From Octopus bimaculoides (Eukaryota), in the NCBI RefSeq assembly GCF_001194135.2, contig NC_068981.1, forward strand, positions 58,175,215 through 58,239,214: a stretch of 64,000 nucleotides of DNA. The letters are read 5' to 3'. Under the pieces are notes generated by a model that had not been told where the DNA came from, did no database searches, and saw nothing but the letters and a program-made list of their open reading frames with translations. Shown here one piece after another: positions 27,096-40,672 of this stretch (positions are counted from its first letter, which is position 1; each line of letters starts with the position of its first letter). Both the position numbers and the translations under genes were made by a program.

Positions 27096-27437
27096 GAGGA
27101 GTAGGGGCCGAAACCGGATGTGGTTCCTCCTGATGATGTCTTGAGCTAACTGGATCCTAATCCACCAAGGGAAGGTATGTCGGATGAAAGTAATTCAACA
27201 ACGTGGGTTGATGAACCATAAGACGTGTGGCCAGAACCTCCTGGAAAATAACCATAGCGAGGGACATTCCACAGTTGAATTAGAACAGTCACAAACAGTG
27301 AAAGAAGACATGCACCCAACACCAGAGCTGAAGACACCGCCGAAAGGAGGGGCCCCGCTACGTCAAAACAGTAGAGGAGTAGGGGCCGAAACTGGACATG
27401 GTTCCTCCTGATGATGTCTTGAGCTAACTGGATCCTA
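27096..27437. repeat. Terminally redundant GC-rich unit: 64-bp direct repeats with 278-bp period (unclassified retroelement-like)
   Basis: 27096-27159 and 27374-27437 differ at only 3 of 64 positions, all explicable as CpG decay. Confidence 0.9.
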
Positions 27438-27755
27438 TAAAGGAGCTGTTGTGGTAGCAGACCATGAAACATGGTTGAAATTCCTTCCACTCAGCCTTTA
27501 TGAAAATGAATGTTACACATCCAACATGCTTGTATACAACATTATCTCTAGAGATCTAACCTAATCACTCAGCTTTCAAGGTCACTGCTTACATAGACTT
27601 TCCTATGTACAGCTTTAAGAAGCTGTTTATGTTCTGTGGTGTCAAAGAGCTATTTCTTTCTCATCCATACTTTGGTTACTATACTTTTATTAGAACCACA
27701 ACCAACACTAATTATATCACCTTAGTAAAACATTCTTGTGACTACTAGTCTGTAG

Positions 27756-28040
27756 CATCATCATCGTCATTTAACATCCATTTTCCATGCCGGCATGAGT
27801 TGGACAGTTTGACTGGGGACTGGCAAGCCAGGAGGCACCAGGCTCCAATCGGATCTGGCAATGTTTCTACAGCTGAATGCCCTTCCTAATGCCAACCACT
27901 CTGAGAGTGTAGTGGGTGTTTTTTATGTGCTACTGGTATGGGAGCCAGTCAGGCAGCACTGGCATCAGCCACGTTTGGATGGTGCTTTTTACATGCCACT
28001 GGCACGGGAAGCCAGTCAGGTGGCTCTGGCAGCGACTCAC
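27756..28040 (-). mobile_element. RTE 3' tail fragment
   Basis: CATCATCATCGTCATTTAACATCCATTTTCCATGCCGGCATG... plus about two hairpin units. Confidence 0.85.
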
Positions 28041-28041
28041 A

Positions 28042-28752
28042 TATGAATGGTGCCACTAATAAGTATCCCTCTTCTTAAAACATCAAGATGCCAAGAACTT
28101 GCAACTATCGAGCTTCAACCAGCTTATAGGGACATTGCCATGAGCAAAACACAAGTTCTCGAGTGGTTTTCACACTTTAGACATGGTCACTTGTCACTTA
28201 AAGACCAACTTTGTTCAGGGCAACTGTCAACCTCCCAAAGGAATGAAAACATTATGAAAATTCATGAACCAATTTTGGAGGACTGTCACTGAGCAACTGA
28301 TGAACTTGTTGAAATGACAGTGTCCTGGAGCTCCTGCCAACAAATTTTGAGTGAAGAATTGTGAATGAAAAGAGTTGCAACAAAATTTGTGCCTCACTTG
28401 CTCACAGAAGATCAAAAGCAGTCAACGACTGAATGCATGTCGTGAACTGAAAGAATAGTTGGGAGTTGATCTGGACCTCATTCTGAAGGTCATCACTGGT
28501 GACGAAAGTTGGTGCTACAGAATTTGCAGATGTGGAAGTGGTGAAGAAGAAAAATAAAAAAGTCGACAGTTGCATTAAAAGGCATCACTTCACAAGAGTT
28601 CCAGCACTGCTTCAAACAGTGGAAAATGCATCTGGACCAATGCATTGCTTCAAATAGAGGGTATTTTGAAGGTGATTAAAGTGTAAATGTGCAAAACTAA
28701 GTGAATAAAATAATATTGCAAAATTCTGGTTTCTTTTGGGTACCATCTCGTA
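28042..28752 (+). mobile_element. Internally deleted mariner transposon
   Basis: AYRDIAMSKTQVLEWF; KFVPHLLTEDQK; VITGDESWCY joined directly to the C-terminal FKQWKMHLDQCIASNRGYFEGD*; 3' TIR TTCTTTTGGGTACCATCTCGTA followed by TA; 5' TIR degenerate. Confidence 0.85.
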
Positions 28753-31229
28753 TATGGATTTGTAGATTTGTCTGAACTTGTATAAGCAAAAGAAAATTGA
28801 ACAGAAATTGAAAAATATTTATGAGTATGAGAACAAAAAGAGAATGAGTATGTCAGAAAAAAAGCACTACAAATTGGAGAAAATAGGGAAGAGAAAAAAT
28901 AATAGAGGAAGAGAGAGAAAAATAGAGGAAAAACAAGCAAATATATACAGTAAAAAAAAATAAAATAAGTGAAGAGAAAACAATTATCTAATATTAACAA
29001 ACTTTACTCTGTAATAGATTGACCACTCATTAGTCTTAATTTAAGCACATTATATCATGTTGGGTGGATACAAATGCTAGCACATAAGTTTGCGTCATGA
29101 ACGCTTATCTTAGATCTTGATTCCATGGTCTATCACAACTATTACAATATATTGCTAGACTCGACGCTTTACTCTACATATCTAATCTGGAAGATTAGCT
29201 TCCAGTTGATCAGAGAGAGCTGCAAACAAATTAGTTTCTTATCCCAGTAGATTTCTCTCTGCTGAATGCAATATAAACCAGTGATGGGTGACAATGAAAC
29301 TGACTGTTGTAATATGAGTGTTTTTTTTTAAATGCCTTACTCCTTGACAGACAAAGAACTGGAAAAAAAATTACTAAAACAAGATGAAGCATCTAAACAC
29401 ATTTTAAACATTAAACATATTTCCATATTCTCCATTATTTAATTAAAAAGGTGTGAAAGTATCAATGCATATCATGGTCAATTATTTTGATGGAAGAAGG
29501 CCACTTTTCTTAAATCTTAATCATAGTTGAAAGAGTCAACTCCAGTATATTATCAATGCTTATCAATGCTGAATGAATAAAAGTTACAGTTGACTGCAAT
29601 TAGATGTTGAATCTACAGGGATGTTCTCAGTTGATCATCCATAATGGCACCACCCTCCTCATTCAGGGTGTTAACTATAATTTTAGAAAGATGCACATGA
29701 TTCATCCTCTCATGGGATGATTCCCAGAAGATTACTTGGTTAGATGGGAAGCCTCCAGCAAGATTAGGTGGCATCTCTATCATTGAATCATTGCAGTCAG
29801 TAGGTGATTATGTATTTAACTAGACTGAAACCATTGTCCAAATTAATACCATCACCTAGTCATTGGGTGCATTTAGCAGAGTCTGTTCTGTTGTAAGTAT
29901 TCAGGTCAGGTCTTCACTTGGAGAATGCCTTCCCCTTTCGCTCCTCCCAGTCTTGGAAACCCTGAAAAGGGCCATTAGCACTGATTTTCCTCACAACTAA
30001 GCTAGGGAAAAATACTATAAATCTTTTAATCATCATTGCTACCAACTTAGCACTCTTATATAAGCTTATATTAATCTCTTCTAAGAACATTGTGTCATAA
30101 TTAAAATCTTAGCACAATAAACAACAGTTATAGACATAATTCATTTGATATTGGATGTGAATAGATGTCTTTACTCCATAATAAAGCTAAAACTGAGGGA
30201 AGAGCTTTCATGTAAGTCAATTTTCATTGAATGTATTTCCTCATTTGTATTGTTCTGACTCAAAATAATTTGAAAACTGATCCTAAAATTCCTTAGATTT
30301 AAATCAAACTAATATTAAACTAAATACATGTCTAAGACTACTGATGTTAAACTGAATAAACTAGCATTCCTGAGAAAACAGACTGAAGCAACATTAAGTA
30401 GAAAATATTAACTATTATAGGCAAAAGAAAAATTATAAAAAGAAACAAAAGCATGTAAAGAAGTTTGATACAATAAGAAAAATAAGTACTATTGTAAGGT
30501 AAACAAATGATTTAAAGCAATAAATATTGAAGTAGTTATAGGTAAGAATGCGAATTATCAATAGAAGAAAGCTTCACAAACTGAATGTGAAGCACATCCT
30601 ATTTAGTGTCAAATAAATCAATACATGTTGGTTTCTATCATAGCCTTTTCCTCTGCTTCTACCTTTCCTTTCTTTTCATTACTCTCACTGAAAGACTTTC
30701 CTCTTGAAATGTTCAATTGCTCTTAATTTATTACATATTGACACAACCCAAAAGAACAAATGTCAGAATAAAGTAGTTTTGTAGATAAGGAATACAGAAA
30801 GAAAGAAGGGAATAAAAAAGAAAAAGAAAACAGAAAAGAAAATAATGCATGCAAAAAAGAAAAAGCATTGGTGTTTAATGATTGGGTTCCATTTTCTAAT
30901 TAAGCCTGCTAACTGGTTCATCAAAATAGAACAATACAATCTGCACACTACATCATGTAAAAGCTCAATATAAATCAGTGTATTGGTATACAAAGGTATG
31001 TCTGTGTGTATATCCAAGCATAGTGCTAAGCTGCAAGAAGTTTACAGAGAAGCAAGAAACCACAACCAGATTTATTGATTTCAGTTAAAACTAAACTGAA
31101 AGACTTAGGTGTGAGTAACAATTATTGCATATGGAGCAATATAAACGATAAGAGAATCTCGTTCCAAGAACTATTAGAACACTAATAGCATGAAGTAGTA
31201 CAAGAATATATACAGCATAAAGAGCATGC

Positions 31230-33900
31230 AGGCATACAGAGTTGTACTGCCAACATTATACTCTCTTGCATGTATTTTCAAGTTGTATTTGTCTTCTGCC
31301 AATACCATATCTCTGATTCTACCTATTCATCACATGTCTGAAGCTGAATCAATGATGACATCCCAGTCACCTCCATCTTATCTATCCTCCCCATGGGTAG
31401 TTGCCCTCTTTCACTTGAACCCTCAGTTTTTCTTTCTATAATACTCTTTTCCATTATCATCCACCTTCTTTATGTAATTAAGAATTTCAAATCTTTGACA
31501 GTCAATGCTTCCAAAGTATTTACAAATTTTACTTACTGCTGCATTAATCCATTTGTTATTTCTGTCCCTCAAATGTTTAATAATCATTAGATTTATATTA
31601 CAAATGCATTACTCTTCTTTACACCTTGGTTTTTTTTTTAATTACCCAGATTTCACATACACACTAGATATATCATTGACTTTTAAAATCTCACCTTTGT
31701 TCTTAGTAACATTTTTTTAATAGTTTTCATAATATACTCTTGTCCCATCATCACAGCATTTTCAATAGTTATTCTTTTCATTTCACTTGAGCATCTTTCC
31801 ACTTTTCAGTCTTGGATTCAGAAAAGTTAACTCCATTTTCTGATCTCCAATCTGAAATTTCTTCAAGTTAACATAACTTTAATGTTTTTGCTTTTTTTTT
31901 TAATTTATGTTCAGTTTCAATCAAAGGTTTGCACTTTCTTCTCTTAGCTTTTCTAGCATTCTTCTCAAACCCTCTTCCTTTTTCACCAAAAATTATATGC
32001 TATCTGCATATTTCAGATTGTAAATTGTCTGTCTCATTATTTTTAACTCCACCCATTTCACCTAATCCTGCTTGTTCCAAGATATTTTCACTGTACATGC
32101 TGAAAAAGTATAGGGGAAAATCTGAAACCTTATCTAGCTCATTTTTTTTATTGCTAAGTATTTGATGTCTGCAAAATCTATCCTTACTATAACTTCTTGT
32201 TTTGATTAAAAGTTTTCCATGAGAAAATACTAAATACTCTGGTACACTCATTACTTTCAGAACAAGCTGGCTTAAGAAAAAGGAGGGAAGTTCTACAGTC
32301 AATTCCCTTTACAAAAAAGGTTGGAGCTAGTTTTGAATAAATTTTCAGAACAAATTTGCTTGCATGAGCTATAAAGGCAGTTGTCCTGTGATCATAGCAT
32401 TCTTGCACATCGCCTTTCTTTAGTATAGGGATATTTACTGATTTCTTCTATTATTTTAACCATCATTTTCACTTCTAAATATTTTAAAGATTTGTATGAT
32501 GATATTCCTATTGAAGAATATCATCAGATGTTTTCAACAGTTCAATAGGAATATCATCTGTATTAGATGTTTTCTCTTTTACTAGTTCAGAAATTGCCCA
32601 ACATACCTCTACTTCAATTGTTATGTTCTTTCTCCTCACACACTGTTAATGTAGATTCATCATCTCTTTTGTACAACTCTTCTGTATATTCTTTCTATTG
32701 TGCTTTAACAGAACCTCCTTGAATTATATCTTGTCCTTTTTTATGCTATGAAAATCAAATTTAAGGGACAAATTATCAGTAATTTCTTTTATTTTCTTGA
32801 AAAGGTTCTTATCTCTTCCTTTCGGTTGATTTCTTTCAGCTATTTAACATTCCTTTTTCAAATAATTGATTTTTTTTTTTGCCACATGCTGGAATTAACT
32901 ATTCAATTTTCTCAATTCCTTAATACCACCTGTTGTTTCTGTTTGCTGCTATTCTTCTGTAATTCCTATTGTTGTTGCTAAAAGCCATTTGTCTGTCTCT
33001 TTCTATTTTTCTTCTAGTAAAATGATTTCTTGTTGTTTCTTGAACAATGTCTTACATTTCATGCCATAACTCTTCAGGATGTGTGTCAATGTTATTATGA
33101 ATTGATTAATGACTTACACAGCTTCATTTTCTAGTAATTCCTGGAGATTGTACCTCTCTGCCCCTTACTTGATTTTATTTTGATTTATAATTTGATCTTG
33201 TATTAAATATAAGCTGTTGAATATCTGCTGCCTAAGCAACCCCTAGTTAAGTAAAAAAAATCAATTTAATCACAATATTATTCACCAGGTGATATCCATG
33301 AATATTATCTCTTTGGTTGCTCAAAATAAATGTATTAGCTCTGCATAGAAAATTATCTACATCTAACTCCAATTTTATTCTTTTCATGTAATCCATATTA
33401 TCTGGCAATATTTAATTCTCTCCAACTTTGCACTGAAGCCTTCTATAATAAAGAGAGCATCTCTGCTTGGTATATCATCAGTTACAAGTACTTGTTAAGG
33501 GTGATTTAATAGATCTTTTGTTTTGTTTTTTTTTCTTTTGTTTCTAAAATGTTTAAAGAGAATGGGAATAGATGCCAATGACTGATTTATGGGTCATCCC
33601 TGTAATCTCACAGCTAAGATTCTGTCATCAACACTTCATTGTGTCCATCATTATTACTCAGTTTCATTTCTCTGTGATATAGTTTGCAACTGTCTGGTAA
33701 GAAATGGCCTGTTCCTGTCCATTCCTGTCCATTCAGTGGTTCCCAGGGTCTCAACTCTTAGCCTATTCATTTCTGACTCATAATATCTAGCTTTCTTTGA
33801 TTCACAATTCTCACATTCCACATGTCTGCACATTTGCAGCATATCTTTAACATTGAAATCATTCTTTTTCACTTTAGTTACATCAACAACTAGACTTCCT
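31230..33900 (-). mobile_element. Old BovB-like RTE LINE (APE endonuclease to 3' end), heavily decayed
   Basis: APE start FNVKDMLQ...EMNRLRVETLGTTEWTG (33654-33872); YDHRTTAFIAHASKFVLKI; FFSMYSENILEQAGL...NLQSEICR (RT domains 4-5); 3' end resembling the BovB GRQRMRWLD region near 31330-31440. Confidence 0.7.
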
Positions 33901-34574
33901 TAAGAATTTGATGAAGTCATTAAGCTTTCTTGGAGCAGTAACCTAGCCATGACCTCAATTATCAATCTTCTCACAATGATTTGGTATTCTCTTTCAGAAG
34001 AAACATAAGCACCTATTTTCAGCTCCTCATCAATTATTCTTTTAATTTCACTTACTATATCCATAAAACTTCAGAAAAATAAAGTGGTCTACTATTACTT
34101 TTATCTCATGGCCTTTGCTCACTAAAGAGCTATCCAGTACAATTGGGCTGATGACACCCAGCAAAAATAAAAGCTAATAGCATTCACTGCTGCTGCTTCT
34201 CCCCACTAGCTTGATCATCTGCACAGGACTGATTTATGACATTCAAAACACATTTCATTCACCAGTGGCTATGATTTCTCAACCCTGCTTCTCTCGGGTC
34301 TAATCGAGGACATACCTCACATCTGGTGAGTCATATGAAGCACACCTCAGAAGGGCCATCTCGTTATCCTATAATCAGTTGAAACTATTGACCGCCACAT
34401 AGACTAACCACTTCCCAGGAATATTGGTCTGATAGCATTTCTGCAGGGCTTTCTTTTGGAAAGGTAAAATATCAGCAGAGTGTAAACCTGGACAATATCA
34501 GTCTGACTGCATTCTATCAATTCATCATATGGCATCAGGGATACTACACACAAGTGTGAAATACATTGTAGTTA

Positions 34575-34985
34575 TATTCTTCTATTCTTTTACTTGTTTC
34601 AGTCATTTGACTGGGGCCATGCAAGAGCACCACCTTTTAGTCGAAGAAATCGACCCCTAGACTTATTCTTTGTAAGCCTGGTATTTGTTCTATCAGCCTT
34701 TTCTGCTGAACCGCTAAGTTACGGGGACATAAACACACCAACATTGGTTGTCAAGCAATGGTGAGTAGGGGGACAAACACAAAGTCACACACACATAAAT
34801 ATATACATATATATATGACGGGCTTCTTTCAGTTTCCATCTACCAAATCCACTCTCAAGAATTTGGTTAGCCAAAGACTATAATAGATGACACTTACCCA
34901 AGATGCCATGCAGTGGGACTGAGCCCAGAACCACATGGTTGGGAAGTAAGCTTCTTGCCACACAGCCACTTCTGTGCCTATGTCT
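34575..34985 (-). mobile_element. Composite tRNA/CORE-like SINE
   Basis: Well-preserved copy: GCTGTGTGGCAAGAAGCTTACTTCCCAACC head, core, and AACCGCTAAGTTACGGGGAC 3' module. Confidence 0.8.
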
Positions 34986-36890
34986 ACACTAATTATCTGC
35001 AACTAACAAAAACATGCATGTACATTATATACATGATATTCATATACACACATCTGTATATGTTTACACATATGCTTAGAACCTGTTACTGAAATTCCAG
35101 TTTTCTACTAAATGTTTGTCTCCGCTTAAGTTCCTGTTGACATATATTCTAAGTACAAAATAAAACAAATATTTCAAAACTGAATACTGAAATGTTTATG
35201 AAAGTTAACTGAAATAAGAAAATATCAAGTTTAAATATTGGACTTCTCTCACTGAAACTGTGCAAATAATATTCTTAATCTGTTTTTGATACTGAAAAAC
35301 AAGGTGGAGGGGAAATAATCTAAAAATCTATAATGGAATTTGAATTAATATAAATATATTCTCCAAAACAGAAGATAAAATAATACAAAAAAAATGTGAA
35401 AAAAAAAAAAGAACTGTATTAGGAAACCAAAATTGGTTAAATCACATCTGCTGTAACTCATTTCCTGTTTAGCAGAGAATTTTTAATTATTTAAGAAATT
35501 CATGTTGATCTGCATTACAGAAGCACCACTTTATGAACTACATCTTGAACTGTTGAAGTTTGCATAGCATTTTAGACCTTTCAATATTTGTCATCTGTCT
35601 AACTGATATTCAACAAAACAAATATAGATTATTCAGATAAGGAACAAGATAATGAATTGAGAGAGAGAGAGATAAAAAATCTACTCCTAAGTTTAAATTG
35701 TCAAAAAATGTTTGATACAAATACAATTTCTAGTATAAGCAGAAAATAGCTATGTGAATGAAAATGGAGCTACTTTTTTTTTCTCATTACATACACCACG
35801 CCTACTAGTATCTGCAGTCATGACTATCATGTCAAAATCTGGAGCTTTATGACTTCTTGGAAAAGATACAGCACTGGTCTCCCATTGCCTTCAGTTGGTT
35901 TATTTACAGTCTTCTGCTCTCCCAAGCTTACACTTGAGATATACAGCTTACCCATACATTTGTATGGACATACTGTACCTTGGGACAATGTCTAATGGTT
36001 AGCCCTGCACCAAATCCTGTATGCCTTAAACACAGGACCATCTTCTGTTATTTGACCTATAACTGAGCCCTTGAGAGGTACTACTACTCTGAGTCAGAGC
36101 AAACTTGGGGTTGTGATGACTAAAAGGTATCTCCATACTCATCAGAACTCCTCAACCAGTAGCAGCTCATGTATAGTCAGTGTGGAAACTGCAGCACCCC
36201 CTATTTCCACTCCATATTATCAATAAGATTCAATATAATGAGTCCTTTTTCTTTAATTCTTTCTTTGTACTTGTAGATTATATAATCCTTAAGCTTAATG
36301 TCAGCAGTCATCCCCTAGTTTATGAAAAAAATACAAACATCCCTGTATAGAACTGCATGCTTCACAGTTCCAGCAATGCATTGTTTGGCTGTTGTGTGCA
36401 TGCTCACATGTCTGAGGTAGAAAGCTTCACACTAGGGAGAGAGAACACTGCGTGAACGACAGTGTTGACTCCGGTGTTCCAGTGAAATGTAGTATTTCTT
36501 TTTGATTCCGTGTGTGTTGTGCTTAAAAACATGTTTATATTCTTGAATGTGATAAAGTATAGAATTAGATTATTATCCTGCTTCCAGCTTTAGTGTTACT
36601 GCCATGATTTGAAAAATAGGGCACATTTCCCCACCTTATTTTGTGATTTAGGGTGAATTTTTGAAAAACAAGGGGGAATTCGCAGCAGTGTTCAGTGAAC
36701 AAATTAAACACACTACCTGGCAGTGGTTAAAACATGAACTGATCAAGTTTATGTATAACTTTTCTTTTCATATGTTTGTTTCCTTTTACACAGTATTAAA
36801 ACGGCTAAAAATTTTCTGAAGCAGTACCCCTACTAATTTTATCTATGAGCCACCACTATCCTCAACTGAAGCCACACCATTCAATGTAGT

Positions 36891-37085
36891 TTAATCCTTT
36901 TGTTACCATATTTCTGTTGAGATGCTCTGTGTTTCTTTCAATTAAGTTTAAATAGAACAAAGAATTTAGTAAAATAACTTAGTTATCATTAAGCTAGTGT
37001 TAACATAAATTGTGACTAAGGTCTGCTGAAAGATTTTAATTCAGAACTTTTGAAAACAAGTCATTTGTACTACAGCCAGGGTTAA
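36891..37085. mobile_element. Probable piggyBac-type MITE (TTAA-flanked), partly deleted
   Basis: TTAA at 36891-36894 and 37082-37085; ends TCCTTTTGTTACC... and ...AGGG, resembling CCCT/AGGG termini. Confidence 0.45.
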
Positions 37086-37878
37086 TGAGCAAAATAACTA
37101 CTAAAGACTATAGACTTATATACCACAACCAGCATTTTTACATGTCATTTGTCATGACAGTTCCACTTGCTTTAATTCACCTAGCTGAAGAATTAGAATT
37201 GGCCTCATCCATTTAATACAACAAAATGTAATGTTAAATATTAGCTATAAGTTGGAAAAACATCAACTTTTTATTTTATACTAAAATACTCATCCAGAAA
37301 TATATTACTTGCTATGTAAGTTAATTCACAGGTTCAAATTGATTTTATCTCAATTCTGTCTGCTAAAAACTGTTATACATCATGAGACAGGAAGATAAAA
37401 AGCTAGAATTTAAATGAAACTGTTGTATTGCCCAGCAGTAACAAAGTATGTGATTGGTTTCTAATCAATATTTTAACTGCTATGAACCACAGGGTGTACT
37501 ACTAATAATTTTTCCTATTATTTCAATCTATAATACTTTTTTTATTGCAACAATATTTATAAATATAGTCATCTGATATTTCAACACATGATTTATTAAG
37601 AGGTAAATTTTTAAAATATATATTTGTTCAATCTGCTTCAGTGCCCATGATTAACTGCTAGTATAACTATATTTGTAAACTTCAAAGAAAAGAAAGATAA
37701 CCATAACAGAAATACAGCTACAAGCATACTGCATTGGTGAAGGAGTATAAGTTACAGTTGAGGTATAATCTGCAAGTGAGTGGATTTAAGTGTGTTGTCC
37801 AAAGATAAACTCAGTTACAAACCTAATAACAATACATCATTCACTCAGTCATTTTATTTTACAAGAATGGTGTAAATT

Positions 37879-37964
37879 TGTTTAAATCAGTTAAACATTG
37901 TTTAAATCAGTTAAACATTGTTTAAATCAGTTAAACATTAATGTTTAAATCAGTTAAACATTAA
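37879..37964. repeat. Tandem array of a palindromic 20-mer (TGTTTAAATCAGTTAAACAT x4)
   Basis: Exact units at 37879, 37899, 37919 and 37942. Confidence 0.97.
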
Positions 37965-38100
37965 GATGAAGTTGGCCCTAATGATTAGCAAAAGAATATA
38001 TGGTAAAGTTCATGTCAGGCATTCCACTATCTCTGCAAACTCAATAATTCCAATTATTATTACAATTAATATGAGAAAAGGTTGACTTTTATAGAATGAG

Positions 38101-38402
38101 TGTAAAGTTTTGTTATTTCATAAGCACAGGTATAGGAACAAGGATCAATAGCTGTAAACTCTGAATTTCTATCTCAACATACTGGAAGCACAACCAACAG
38201 CAGAACATATGAGAAGGGGTAACAACATCAACTGTAATCCTGTAGCAATGGAATCAATTGTGTGTCCCCATTTATTTTGATTACAATATATAGAAAAAAA
38301 CAGACAAGTTCACATAAAACTTGTACATAACCAGTGATTTTTTAATTATTTAAACAAATGTACAGCATTTCTTATATATTGATTAGAGTTCGATACATGA
38401 CA
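38101..38402 (-). repeat. 3' LTR of the deleted Gypsy element
   Basis: TG...CA ends; aligns to 40356-40672 with scattered substitutions and small indels. Confidence 0.9.
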
Positions 38403-40355
38403 CTTGCTACCACAATAAGAAAGTCAATTCAGTGGGTTTCTGCATGTTGTTTTCTCACTGAAATGTGAAATGAATCACCCAAAGTATCCAATGAATCCAA
38501 GAAAGGATCGCAGTTACTCAGTATTTTTTGGCAGATTTAATATCATGATTCTGTGAGTGAGTTCTTTTGCGGGTTTAATTCTTTCTGCTGATATCACACA
38601 GCCTAAAAATGTGATGCTTGCAGTCTTTCGAACACATTTTTCTTTGTTGACACTGACTTGTTTCCGACATAATCTTCCAAAGATGACATTTAAATGTTTA
38701 TTCAGGCTCTCTTCCATTTTAGCAAAAATGATTATATTGTCTTGGTAAGTGATAAAATCTTTTAGTTCCTTGAGCACTACAGTCTCTATAGCATGCTGAA
38801 AAATTGCAGAACTATTTTTCATCTCCATCTGTAATCACGTAACCAAGTATACCTCTCTTGTAGTATTGATGGTGCAGAGCTTCTGACTATTTTCATTGAG
38901 CTTGATCTGCCAATATGCATTGGTTAAGTCAATCTTAGTGAAGAATCTTGCACTATTAAGCTTGCTAAACACGGTTTCTATTTGTGGCAAAGGATAAGCT
39001 TCTGTGAATACCTTTGTAGTCAGCACACATACACTATTGTCTATCTTTCTTTCTAACCCACACGACTGGAGAAGTATTGACTATGTCACCCGGAGTGCAT
39101 TTTTTAATTACACCTTTGGCTCCTAATGCATCTATTTCCTTTGCTACATCTTCCTCGAGAGTAATAGGTACTTTTAGTGGCACAGAATTTATCAGAGGCA
39201 TCAGGTATTAATTTAACAGAAGCTTGGATTCTTTTTATTGTCGGTAGAAATGACTCAATGATGCAAATTGTTTTAGCACTGAGCACATCATGACCTAGTA
39301 GGCCATACCTGTGGTTACCTTTAATTATTTTAAAAGTATGGAGGAATTGCCAATCTCCTCATTTCATCATAACGCAAGTGTCCCCAATGCATTTCATGTG
39401 ATGCCCATTGTACGATTCATATGAAGCATGTTGCTGTGCAATCATACTGATATCCTTTGCTATAACAGATGAGATAATGCTACAGGGAGCACCAATATCA
39501 TGCATCATGTCTATCATGTGCCCATTGAGTGAGACAGATTCAAACAGGTTTTTTTGTGATGTGTGACTGATAAAGTCATGATTCCATCCTGTCAACTCAC
39601 CCTGCACTTTTGCAAATTTTTGTGTAGTGGCCTTTCTTGCTACAGTTTTTGCAGATAGCTTTTATTGCAGGGCATTTGTGTTGTGGGAACCAGAGTTTTC
39701 CACAGCGGTAACAGGATTTGTCACTCAAATTTTTCCTTTAATCTTGTGTGGTCGTATTGGAATAGGCAAAGACTTCCTCTTTTGAATTGTCATTGTAAAA
39801 TTCAGATATTTGTGAAGAACGTTGTAAAAATTGTATTGTAGCTTTTAAATTGAGTTGGTTAACTTCATTAGCTTGAAGAACTTTCTTTTCTTGCTTAGAC
39901 CGACAACCAGCTGAGACAGTATGAGTTTTTCATTCACAGACGTTTTTAGATGTTTTCAGTCTTTCAAAATTGCAATATTCACTAACGCATCGCAGGTTTG
40001 AAAGAAATTTAGAAATTGACTCATTGAGTTGTTGACTAGTGGAGAAGAATTCAGTTCTTTCAGCTAGTATCAGTTTCTTTGGAGCAACATGATATAGAAT
40101 CGAATCTTTTAGGTCACCGTACGTCATTTTCATAATACTCTTTGGGATATTGATATTTTGGTTAGTTTTTATGCTTGTATTCCTACCAAAGAAATGAATT
40201 TCATAGCCATAGAACTTTGGTCATTATCTTGTAGGCTATCCTTCAATTTATCCACATAAGCTTTTGCATCGAATGCCATGAGCCAGATTGAGATGTCTTC
40301 AATTGACTAAGTTTATGTCACCAAGAGGTTTTCCTTGCTCTATCAGTGACACCAT

Positions 40356-40672
40356 TATCACGTTTTGTTATCTGCTTATTTCATAAGCACAGGTATAGGA
40401 ACAAGGACCAAATAGCCATAAACTGTGAATCTATCGCACCATAGTGAAAGCACAACCAACAGCAGAACATATGAGAAGGGGTAACAACATCAACTGTGAT
40501 CCTGTAGCAATGGAATCAATTGTGTGTCGCCATTTATTTTGATTGCAATATATAGAAAAAAAACAGACAAGTTCACATAAAACTTGTACATGCCATGTGA
40601 CTGGTGATTTTTAATTATTTAAACAAATGTACAGTATTTCTTATATATTGATTAGGAGTTCAATACATGACA
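40356..40672 (-). repeat. 5' LTR of the deleted Gypsy element
   Basis: Paired with 38101-38402; followed on the minus strand by the tRNA-Leu-like PBS (plus-strand TGACACCA, 40347-40354). Confidence 0.9.

Larger units (their letters stand above)
38101..40672 (-). mobile_element. Gypsy LTR retrotransposon, internally deleted (gag-PR-RT remnant; no RNase H or integrase)
   Basis: LTRs 38101-38402 and 40356-40672; TSD ATGAG (38096-38100, 40673-40677); PBS TGGTGTCA 1 nt inside the 5' LTR; gag KKLILAERTEFF; Zn knuckles CYRCGK...HKC and CKNCSKKGHYTKIC; protease HDIGAPCSIIS; RT YPLP..KIDLTNAYWQI..YQDN..FLG. Confidence 0.92.

Noticed and set aside
27121-27160. HDV-like ribozyme reading (TTCCTCC loop, GCTAA junction)
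   Set aside because: Too few nucleotides for P3', P1', P1.1 and P4, and no convincing P1 or P2 pairing.
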